Source of the DNA: Pseudomonas aeruginosa
GTDB taxonomy: Bacteria > Pseudomonadota > Gammaproteobacteria > Pseudomonadales > Pseudomonadaceae
DNA: 32,000 bases
Direction: 5' to 3'
Assembly: GCF_001457615.1 (NCBI RefSeq)
Contig: NZ_LN831024.1
Location: forward strand, 5,760,001-5,792,000
This document shows, in pieces, positions 10,908 through 18,996 of this stretch. Under the pieces are notes generated by a model, which did no database searches, was not told the DNA's origin, and saw nothing but the letters and a program-made list of their open reading frames with translations. The first letter of the stretch is position 1. Each line of letters starts with the position of its first letter. Made by a program: the position numbers and the translations under genes.

Positions 10908-12158
10908 TCAGCCAGCCAGCGCGCCGCGCGGAAGCAGGCCAGAGGTATCGATGCTCGGCGGGCGGCGGCCGATCTGCTCGGCCAGCAGGCGCCCGCTGCC
11001 GCAGGCCAGGGTGAAGCCGAGCGCGCCGTGGCCGAGGTTGAGCCAGAGGTTGCGGTAGCCGCCGTTGCCCACCAGCGGTACCCCGGTGGGCGTGGCCGGG
11101 CGCATGCCGGCCCATTCGACGGCGGCGTCGAAATCGCCGCCCTGCGGGAACGTGTCCCGCGCCTGCTGGCGCAGCAGTGCCAGGCGCGCGGGCTCGAGGC
11201 CGGGGTCGAAGCCGACGATGTCGACCATCGCGGCGATCCGCAGCCGCTCGCCGATCCGCGCGTAGACGATCTTGCGGTCGTAATCGGTGATGCTGGTATC
11301 CGGCGCACGGTGCTGCGCGCCGACCGGCAGGGTCAGGCTATAGCCCTTGAGCGGGTATAGCGGCAGGCGCAGGCCCGGCAGCATCAATTCGGCGCTGCGG
11401 TAGCCGGCGGCCAGCACCACATGATCGGCCTCGATGAGATCGCCGACGACCTCGACGCCACGCACCGCCGCGCCGCCCTCGACGATCTTCGTCACCCTGC
11501 GGCCATGCAGTTGCCGGCAATGTCCGGAAGCCTGCAGGCGCTCGGCAAGTTGCACGCAGAAGGCATGGCAGTCGGCGACCTCCTCGTCCGGCGTGTGGAT
11601 GCCGCCGACGAAGGGCGCGGCGGACAGGGCCGGCTCCAGCGCGCGGCACTCGGCGGCGGTCAGGACGAATTGCGCCGAAGGATCGGCCAGACCCTGGCGG
11701 GCCCGCGCAAAGCTGGCCGGTTGGCGAAACGCCACCAGCTTGCCGTTGCGCCGCCAGTCGAAGCCATCGAGGCCATCCTCCTCGCGCCAGGCCTGCAGGG
11801 TGCGCTGGCTGAGCAATGCCAGGCGCAGCAGGTGCGCGGCATTGCGGCGGTTCAGCGAGCCGCGGCAGGCCGCGAGGAAGCCCAGCAGCCAGCGCCACTG
11901 CGCCGGATCAAGGCGCGGCCGCAGGCGCAACGGCGCATCGTTGCGCAGCAGCCAGCCGAGCGCCTGGGCCGGCACGCCGCTGTCGGCCAATGGCGCCACG
12001 TAGCGATAGGACAACTGCCCGCCATTGGCGTAGCTGGTTTCCAGCCCGCCCCGCTCGCGCGCTTCCACCAGGGTCACGTCGAATCCTTCGCGAACCAGGG
12101 CGTAGGCCGTGGCCAGGCCGACCACGCCGGCGCCGATGATGCAAACCCGCTGAGCCAT
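10908..12158 (-). CDS. dguA: FAD-dependent D-amino acid (D-glutamate) dehydrogenase, 416 aa
   Basis: DadA family: 'VCIIGAGVVGLATAYALVREGFDVTLVEA', 'GGLETSYANGGQLSYRYVAPLA', C-terminal 'NLGHGALGFTLACGSGRLLAEQI'. Confidence 0.9.
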   Translation of the reverse strand: MAQRVCIIGAGVVGLATAYALVREGFDVTLVEARERGGLETSYANGGQLSYRYVAPLADSGVPAQALGWLLRNDAPLRLRPRLDPAQWRWLLGFLAACRGSLNRRNAAHLLRLALLSQRTLQAWREEDGLDGFDWRRNGKLVAFRQPASFARARQGLADPSAQFVLTAAECRALEPALSAAPFVGGIHTPDEEVADCHAFCVQLAERLQASGHCRQLHGRRVTKIVEGGAAVRGVEVVGDLIEADHVVLAAGYRSAELMLPGLRLPLYPLKGYSLTLPVGAQHRAPDTSITDYDRKIVYARIGERLRIAAMVDIVGFDPGLEPARLALLRQQARDTFPQGGDFDAAVEWAGMRPATPTGVPLVGNGGYRNLWLNLGHGALGFTLACGSGRLLAEQIGRRPPSIDTSGLLPRGALAG

Positions 12159-12222
12159 GACAATCGTTATCCAGGTGTTTTCCAGGGCTTCGACGATAGG
12201 CGCGGATGACAGCGGTAGGACA

Positions 12223-13179
12223 ATGAATAAAGATGGCCAGGGTATAAATCCAGGTTATGGGCTCGCGCCGATGAAGCTCCGCCATATCGAAGTGTTCCAG
12301 GCGATCCGCCAGGCTGGCTCGGTCAGCGGCGCCGCACAGTTGCTGCATGTGTCCCAGCCGGCGGTGAGCAAAGTCCTGCAGCACGCCGAGCAGCAACTGG
12401 GCTTCCCGCTGTTCTTGCGAGTGCGCGGCAAGCTGCTGGCGACTCCGGAAGCGCTGGAACTGGAGCGCGAAGTGGCCAAGCTCAGCGATAGCCTGCAGGC
12501 GGTGCGGCGCCTGGCGCAGAACCTGCGGCGCCAGCCGGGCCACAGCCTGCGCATCGGCGCCACCCCGGCCCTGGCGCTGTCGCTGCTGCCGCGGGCGATC
12601 GGCGAATGGAGCGCGCGCTATCCGCAGAGCGGCTGCGAACTGGCCACCTTGCATTCGCGCGAACTGGTGCAGGGCCTGCTGATGCGCGAACTGGACCTGG
12701 CCCTGAGCCTGAAGCAGCCGGAACACCCCGGCCTGCGCGGCGAAGCCATCGCCAGCGGCGTATTGGTGGCCCTGGCGCCGCGCGAACACTGGCCCGAAGC
12801 GGAACGCCGGCAGCCGCTGAGCCTGGCCGGGCTGGCCGGCGAAGCGCTGATCGGGCTGTCCACCGCCGACCCGCTGTTCGCCCGCCTGGAGGATTACCTC
12901 AGCGCCGTGGTGCCACCGCCGCAGGTGAAGATCGCCGTGCAGACCTACGCCCTCGCCCGCGCCCTGGTGGAGGCTGGGGCGGGCCTGGCGCTGGTCGATC
13001 CCTTCACCGCCCTCGGCGCCGACCCGCACAGCACCGCGATCCGCCCATTGAGCCCGGCCTTCCCGGTCACCCTCTACGCCATCACCCGCGCCGACGAAAC
13101 CCCGCCGCACACCCTCGCTCCGCTGCTGCGGATGCTCGCCCGCCAGGCCGAGGAGCGTTTGCGGGCCGTGCAGATGTAG
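12223..13179 (+). CDS. dguR: LysR-family transcriptional regulator divergent from dguA (alternative start at 12271, MKLRHIEVFQA)
   Basis: N-terminal HTH 'MKLRHIEVFQAIRQAGSVSGAAQLLHVSQPAVSKVLQHAEQQLGF'. ATG 12223 has the better upstream purine-rich sequence (GGTAGGACA). Confidence 0.88.
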   Translation: MNKDGQGINPGYGLAPMKLRHIEVFQAIRQAGSVSGAAQLLHVSQPAVSKVLQHAEQQLGFPLFLRVRGKLLATPEALELEREVAKLSDSLQAVRRLAQNLRRQPGHSLRIGATPALALSLLPRAIGEWSARYPQSGCELATLHSRELVQGLLMRELDLALSLKQPEHPGLRGEAIASGVLVALAPREHWPEAERRQPLSLAGLAGEALIGLSTADPLFARLEDYLSAVVPPPQVKIAVQTYALARALVEAGAGLALVDPFTALGADPHSTAIRPLSPAFPVTLYAITRADETPPHTLAPLLRMLARQAEERLRAVQM

Positions 13180-13246
13180 CATTTGCCGCCTGGCCTGCCG
13201 CTGGAAACCTTGGACGTCGTTCTGGCCTGGCCCACGCCTCGCGTCC

Positions 13247-14128
13247 TTACCGCTCCGGCTTCCAGTCTGGGCGGTCCGCGTCGTAGCCCTGGGTCGGGTG
13301 CGGTGGCAGAGGATGGTCCTTTATCAAGTCGGGAAAACGCAAATCAGGATCAGCGGCAAGTCGATCGTAAATACCATCATATAGTTTGTGCAGTTTTTCA
13401 TCGGGGACGTACCACATTGCACTTGCAGGAGGAGTCTTGTTTCCAAAGACGCGCGAGAGGAAGAAAGCCGCGCTCTTGCCCCCCTGAGAGACTGACACCT
13501 GATAGTAACCTAATGCTTTTGGGAAATTATGCTCTACTATCTTGTAATACGCCCCCAGCTCATAACTAGCCGGCGCATAGCCCTGGCTAGCAGCACAGTT
13601 AGTATACGCCAACCCCAAATCCTTTTTTTTGGCCACATATATATAAAGCTTACCTAGTTCGGTTAGCGCCGGCGGATTTCCTAGGCTAGCAGCCTTATCA
13701 AGAAAAGTAAGTCCGTCAGTTGCAGGATTCTTGACCCCGGCACGATTACCGATCATTGCCCCCATATTATAGAAACCTTGAGGAATCTTCAGATCGATCA
13801 TTTTCTGGTAAAGGTCTAGAGCTTTCTGAGTGTCCTTCTCCACACCTCCCGGCCAACCGGTACGATAGAGGTTCGCCAAGTTATGCATGGCCTTCCAGTG
13901 GCCACGCTCCACTGCCTTGCTGTAAAGCTCGACGATACGGCCCCAGGGCCGCAGAGTATCGGGCTTGGCCAAGGCGGCTGCTTCGCGGTACCAGACATCG
14001 GCTTGCGAATCCAACGGCGGCAGATGGTCTTTTTCATTAACGCAGACAAACGATTTGCTGTTGGCCATCACGGGAACGGCTGCAAGACACAGCACGGCCC
14101 AAAGTCCAATAGCCATCAGCCGCATCAT
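13247..14128 (-). CDS. Sel1-like repeat immunity paralog, array copy 4 (farthest from pldB), 293 aa
   Basis: Signal peptide MMRLMAIGLWAVLCLAAVPVMA; Sel1-like units 'GHWKAMHNLANLYRTGWPGGVEKDTQKALDLYQKMI' and 'GNPPALTELGKLYIY'. Confidence 0.85.
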   Translation of the reverse strand: MMRLMAIGLWAVLCLAAVPVMANSKSFVCVNEKDHLPPLDSQADVWYREAAALAKPDTLRPWGRIVELYSKAVERGHWKAMHNLANLYRTGWPGGVEKDTQKALDLYQKMIDLKIPQGFYNMGAMIGNRAGVKNPATDGLTFLDKAASLGNPPALTELGKLYIYVAKKKDLGLAYTNCAASQGYAPASYELGAYYKIVEHNFPKALGYYQVSVSQGGKSAAFFLSRVFGNKTPPASAMWYVPDEKLHKLYDGIYDRLAADPDLRFPDLIKDHPLPPHPTQGYDADRPDWKPER

Positions 14129-15006
14129 TGCTCCGGTTTCCAGTCGGGCCGATCTGCGTCGTAGCCCTGGGTCGGGTGAGGAGGCAGAGGATGATCCTTT
14201 ATCAAGTTGGTAAAACGTAGATCTGGATCAACTTCAAGCTTCTTGTAAATAGAGTAATACATCTCATAAAGCTCCTTATCCGCGTCATACCACATCCTAT
14301 CAACTGGTCGACTTTTTTCATCGAATATATCTGTCATTAGAAGCGCAGCATCACCATCCCCTTGAGAAGTAGCAAGCTGGTAATAGCTCAGCGCCTTAGG
14401 ATAATTATGCTTAACTATTTTGTAATACGCACCCAATTCATAATTAGCGGGAGCATATCCTTGCTCAGCAGCGCATTGCGTGTAACGAAGTCCTAGTTCG
14501 TCCTGATTCGCTTCATAAATATAAAGCTTACCTAACGCAGTTAAGGCTGGAGGGTTACCCATACTGGCGGCCTTGTCCAAGAAGGTCAGGCCATCGGTAG
14601 CAGGATTCTTAACACCGGCACGATTGCCAATCATTGCCCCCATGTTATAGAAGCCTTGGGGCACTCCCAGATCGATCATCTTCTGGTAAAGGTCCAACGC
14701 TTTCTGCGTATCCTTCTCTACCCCACCAGGCCACCCTGTACGATAAAGATTCGCCAGGTTATGCATGGCCTTCCAGTGACCACGCTCCACTGCCTTGCTG
14801 TAAAGCTCGACGATACGGCCCCAGGGCCGTAGAGTATCTGGCTTGGCCAAGGCTGCTGCTTCGCGGTACCAAGCATCGGCTTGCGAATCCAACGGCGGCA
14901 AATGGTCTTTCTCATTAACGCAGACAAACGATTTGCTGTTGGCCATCACGGGAACGGCTGCAAGACAGAGCACGGCCCAAAGTCCAATAGCCATCAGCCG
15001 CATCAC
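14125..15006 (-). CDS. Sel1-like repeat immunity paralog, array copy 3, 293 aa, GTG start (or ATG one codon later)
   Basis: Same N-terminal half as copy 4, with divergent blocks 'LYIYEANQDELGLRYTQCAAEQGY' and 'SRPVDRMWYDADKELYEMYYSIYKKLEVDPDLRF'. Confidence 0.85.
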   Translation of the reverse strand: MMRLMAIGLWAVLCLAAVPVMANSKSFVCVNEKDHLPPLDSQADAWYREAAALAKPDTLRPWGRIVELYSKAVERGHWKAMHNLANLYRTGWPGGVEKDTQKALDLYQKMIDLGVPQGFYNMGAMIGNRAGVKNPATDGLTFLDKAASMGNPPALTALGKLYIYEANQDELGLRYTQCAAEQGYAPANYELGAYYKIVKHNYPKALSYYQLATSQGDGDAALLMTDIFDEKSRPVDRMWYDADKELYEMYYSIYKKLEVDPDLRFTNLIKDHPLPPHPTQGYDADRPDWKPEQ

Positions 15007-15884
15007 TGCTCCGGTTTCCAGTCGGGCCGATCTGCGTCGTAGCCCTGAGTGGGATGGGGTGGTAACGGATGCTCCTTCATCAGGTTGGGAAAACGTAAAT
15101 CAGGATCAGCCTCAAGCTTTTTATAGATTGAATAATATTCCTTGTGTAGTCTTTCGTCGGGGGAGTACCACATCCTGTCAACATCGGGACTAGCCTTATC
15201 AAAAACTCCGGACATGAAGAAGGCAGCATCACCATTTCCTTGACTGGCAGCAAGAAGATAATAGCTCGCCGCCTTGGGGAAGTTATGCTCTACTATCTTA
15301 TAATACGCCCCTAACTCATAATTAGCCGGTGAATAACCCTGACTGGCAGCGCAATTGGTATACGCCAAACCCAAATCTTTCTTCTTAGCTACATAAATAT
15401 AAAGCTTTCCAAGCTCAGTCAATGCCGGCGGATTTCCCAAGCTGGCGGCCTTATCCAGGAAGGTAAGTCCATCCGTTGCAGGATTCTTGACCCCGGCACG
15501 ATTACCGATCATTGCCCCCATATCATAGAAACCTTGAGGAATCTTCAGATCGATCATTTTCTGGTAAAGGTCTAGAGCTTTCTGAGTGTCCTTCTCCACA
15601 CCTCCCGGCCAACCGGTACGATAGAGGTTCGCCAAGTTATGCATGGCCTTCCAGTGGCCACGCTCCACTGCCTTGCTGTAAAGCTCGACGATACGGCCCC
15701 AGGGCCGCAGAGTATCGGGCTTAGCCAAGGCTGCTGCTTCGCGGTACCAAGCATCGGCTTGCGAATCCAACGGCGGCAGATGGCCTTTTTCATTAACGCA
15801 GACAAACGATTTGCTGTTGGCCATCACGGGACGGCTGCAAGACACAGCACGGCCCAAAAGTCCAATAGCCATCAGCCGCATCAC
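15003..15884 (-). CDS. Sel1-like repeat immunity paralog, array copy 2, 293 aa, with scrambled signal-peptide core
   Basis: Translation begins MMRLMAIGLLGRAVSCSRPVMANSKS, against MMRLMAIGLWAVLCLAAVPVMANSKS in copies 3 and 4. The rest is intact. Confidence 0.82.
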   Translation of the reverse strand: MMRLMAIGLLGRAVSCSRPVMANSKSFVCVNEKGHLPPLDSQADAWYREAAALAKPDTLRPWGRIVELYSKAVERGHWKAMHNLANLYRTGWPGGVEKDTQKALDLYQKMIDLKIPQGFYDMGAMIGNRAGVKNPATDGLTFLDKAASLGNPPALTELGKLYIYVAKKKDLGLAYTNCAASQGYSPANYELGAYYKIVEHNFPKAASYYLLAASQGNGDAAFFMSGVFDKASPDVDRMWYSPDERLHKEYYSIYKKLEADPDLRFPNLMKEHPLPPHPTQGYDADRPDWKPEQ

Positions 15885-16756
15885 TGCTCCGGTTTCCAGT
15901 CAGGCCGATCTGCGTCGTAGCCCTGAGTGGGATGAGGTGGTAACGGATGCTCCTTCATCAGGTTGGGAAAACGTAAATCAGGATCAGCTTCAAGCTTTTT
16001 ATAGATTGAATAATATTCCTTGTGTAGTTTTTCATCGGGGGAGTACCACATTCTGTCAACATCGGGACTGGTCTTATCAAAAACTCCGGACATGAAGAGG
16101 GCAGCATCATCATTTCCTTGACTGGCAGCAAGAAGATAATATCTTGCTGCTTTTGGAAAGTTGTGTTCAACGAGTTCGTAGTAACTCCCCAACTCATAGT
16201 TTGCCGGAGCATAACCCTGACTCGCAGCACATTGGGTATATGCCAAACCCAACTCTCTGTTTTTGGCCACATAAATATAAAGCTTACCCAGTTCGGTTAG
16301 CGCCGGCGGATTTCCTAGGCTAGCAGCCTTATCAAGAAAAGTAAGACCATCAGTTGCAGGATTATTGACCCCGGCACGATTACCGATCATTGCCCCCATA
16401 TTATAGAAACCTTGAGGAATCTTCAGATCGATCATTTTCTGGTAAAGGTCTAGAGCTTTCTGAGTGTCCTTCTCCACACCTCCCGGCCAACCGGTACGAT
16501 AGAGGTTCGCCAAGTTATGCATGGCCTTCCAGTGGCCACGCTCCACTGCCTTGCTGTAAAGCTCGACGATACGGCCCCAGGGCCGCAGAGTATCGGGCTT
16601 GGCCAAGGCGGCTGCTTCGCGGTACCAAGCATCGGCTTGCGAATCCAACGGAGGAAGATGGTCTTTTTCATTAACGCAGACGAATGATTTGCTGTCGGCC
16701 ATAACGGAAACTCCGAAACTCAGCAGGAAAGTGAACAGATAAATAGAGATACGCAT
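15881..16756 (-). CDS. Sel1-like repeat immunity paralog, array copy 1 (adjacent to pldB), 291 aa
   Basis: Distinct signal peptide MRISIYLFTFLLSFGVSVMADS; mature region matches the other paralogs; starts 3 nt after the pldB stop. Confidence 0.87.
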   Translation of the reverse strand: MRISIYLFTFLLSFGVSVMADSKSFVCVNEKDHLPPLDSQADAWYREAAALAKPDTLRPWGRIVELYSKAVERGHWKAMHNLANLYRTGWPGGVEKDTQKALDLYQKMIDLKIPQGFYNMGAMIGNRAGVNNPATDGLTFLDKAASLGNPPALTELGKLYIYVAKNRELGLAYTQCAASQGYAPANYELGSYYELVEHNFPKAARYYLLAASQGNDDAALFMSGVFDKTSPDVDRMWYSPDEKLHKEYYSIYKKLEADPDLRFPNLMKEHPLPPHPTQGYDADRPDWKPEQ

Positions 16757-16759
16757 CGC

Positions 16760-18996
16760 TCAGTCAACCGTAAAATTGGGACTATAGGGTGTGGTGACAT
16801 CCCAGAACCGCAATAAATGGGTCGTTAGAGATTCACCATTTCGCTGCTGCTTCCAGTTCTTATCCATCTTCTGATTCCACAGCTTGAAGTTTTCTTCGGT
16901 CGTTTCGGCCAACTTATAAGCATGTGCCCCCCACAACTCCTCCCGCATCGCCCTCGCCAAATCCGGATTGGGTTGGGCAATCCCCAATTCGCTGTCGCTA
17001 TGCATGCTGCGGACATTGATATTGGCCGAGCTGAGCAGGGTATAGAGGTCGTCCACCAGCAGCAGCTTGGAGTGCACGTAGATGTGCTTGTAGCGCGCCT
17101 TCAGCGGCGGCGCCCCGAGGGCGGCCTCGGCTTCGGCGGACATGCGTACTGGCGGCGGGCTGCCGGGGGCGGGGTCGCTGGTGGCCAGGGTGGCGATGAC
17201 CACCTTGAGGCCGGGCACGTCGGCGAGCTGGTAGGGCTTGTCGTCCTCGCCGGTGTTCTTCGCCAGTTCGGGAATGTCCTGCGCGCCGAGACCGCCGAGG
17301 CGTTGCTCGACTTCCGGCGTCACGCCTTTCTCTTCGAGCGCCTCGATCTTGCGTTGCAGCCGTTCGATGTTGTTTTCCTGGCCGCGCCGGACATAGGGAT
17401 CGGGGTGCGGGTTTTCCCTGAGCTGCTTCAACTGCTCGCGCTTTTCCCGCAGGTCATGCGCCAGGTCGCGCTGCACTTGCGGCATCAGCTGCTCCTGGCC
17501 CAGGCCTTTCATCATGTCGTAGGTGGTCTTCGAGGCGTCGCTGGAGTCGGGGGTGTTGGTCACGACGAACAGGTACAGGTCGCCGGGCACGCCCCGGGCC
17601 TTGCGCACCTGCGCAGTCTTCCGCAGGCGCTCGGCGAAGCCGGCATAACGGAAGTACTGGTTTTCCATGTAGACGTAGTCGGTGGCATTGCCCAGGGCCT
17701 TGAGATAGTGCTCCAGGATCGAGCGCTCGTCGTCCTGCGGCTGGGTCCGGCAAATCTGCGCGACGCTGTTGCTGGCGGGCGTGGCGATCTTCGGCAGCGG
17801 CAAGGCGTCGCGCTCGGCGGTCAGCGATGGCGTCGAGAACCAGCGCTTGTACCACGGCGTCTCGAGGTCCCAGGCCTCGCTGAAGTTGCGGCTGAGGTCG
17901 GCCAGCACCGGGCCCTGGACCTGCATGGAGATATCCTGCCAGGGCCCGAACCCGGGATCGCGACCGGCGGCGCGGTCGTCGAACAGGTGGGCGCTGGTGT
18001 CCCAGTAGTTGCGGTGCATGTTGTGACCCATGACGAAGCCGATGGCCTGCGGGCTGCCATAGTCGACCAGGACCATCTTCTGGTGATGGCTGGCGAACTG
18101 GGTGAGTACCAGCAACTGGCCGATGCCCAGGTCGTCGATGCCATCGGCGCGCAGCAGGTGGATCAGGCTTTGCAGTCGCCCATTGACGAGGCGCACTTGC
18201 TCGCCGTTCATCACCGGTCTGGCCGTCTGCTCGAAGTCGCGGGTACGGAACTCGACGTTCTGCAACCCACCGCCGCGTACCGCCTTGAACCAGTCGCGGG
18301 TGAATATCTGCCCCCAGGGATCCTGGCGGGTGCCGCCGGAACCGCGCTTGCCGCCGTAGCCCTGGGCCTCGCTGCTGTCGAGAGTGCGCTGGATCTCGGC
18401 GTTCTCCGCCTCCAGCTCGGCGATGCGCGCCCGCGCGTGGCGGCGCCCCGCGGGTCGAAGCTCGGCAGCCTGCCTTCGCGGTGCAGCCGTTCCGAGCGCT
18501 CCAGGGCTTCCTGCTGCCGCGCGATGAGGTTGAGGTTATGCTGGCGCCGCTGCTCCAGTCGCAGCACCTCGTTGTCCACCGCGCTGCCGCTGGCGACGCC
18601 CGAGCCCGCCCAGGTGCCGCCGGAACCGCCGACGCCGGCCCCGGGGATGGTGTTTTCCTTGAGCCTGGCGAGCTGGTTGCTCCAGACCAGCACCCGCGCC
18701 TGCACCCCTTCGCGGCCCTTCGTCTGCAGCAATTCGCCGATTCGCGGTCCGTCGGGGCGTTTGAAGCGCATGGCCGGGTCGAAGCCCCAGGTGATGATGT
18801 CGATGCTCTGCCGGGCCGCTTCCATCGCCGCATGCACCGCGTCGAAGGCCGCCTGGCCATTGATCAGCGGCTTGATGTGCACACCCGCGCGCGGTGGGTA
18901 GAAGGCCTTGTTGGCGAACCAGTCGAGGGTCAGCCGGACGCTGCCGGCCTGTTGCGCGTACAGCTTGAGGGTCTGCGGTTTGTACAGGTCGCTCAT
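16760..18996 (-). pseudogene. pldB: Phospholipase D-type T6SS effector (Tle5b/PldB-like), apparently split by a 1-nt frameshift into ORFs 18211-18996 and 16760-18265
   Basis: The downstream ORF has both HKD motifs (HQKMVLVDYG; HSKLLLVDDLYTLLSSANINVRS). The span is 2237 nt (not divisible by 3). Coherent protein continues across a frame change near 18440-18453. A sequencing error is possible. Confidence 0.75.

Larger units (their letters stand above)
13247..16756 (-). repeat. Four-unit tandem gene repeat; stops at 13247, 14125, 15003 and 15881 are spaced exactly 878 bp apart
   Basis: Coordinates and near-identical translations of four consecutive ORFs. The first two junctions from the window start and the third share 4-nt ATGA/GTGA overlaps. 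Confidence 0.95.

Noticed and set aside
13756-16674. Four similar plus-strand ORFs (MPPYYRNLEESSDRSFSGKG… at 13756, 15512, 16390; MPPCYRSLGALPDRSSSGKG… at 14634)
   Set aside because: They are antisense to the immunity paralogs and recur only because the sense genes are duplicated. They have no family features.
13247-16756. CRISPR or other short-repeat array interpretation of the periodic repeats
   Set aside because: The repeat unit is a whole coding gene (878 bp), with no short repeats or spacers.
17454-18860. 468-aa minus-strand ORF overlapping pldB
   Set aside because: A third frame with an unstructured Arg/Ser/Pro/Ala-rich sequence. The coherent product with HKD motifs lies in the two other frames.
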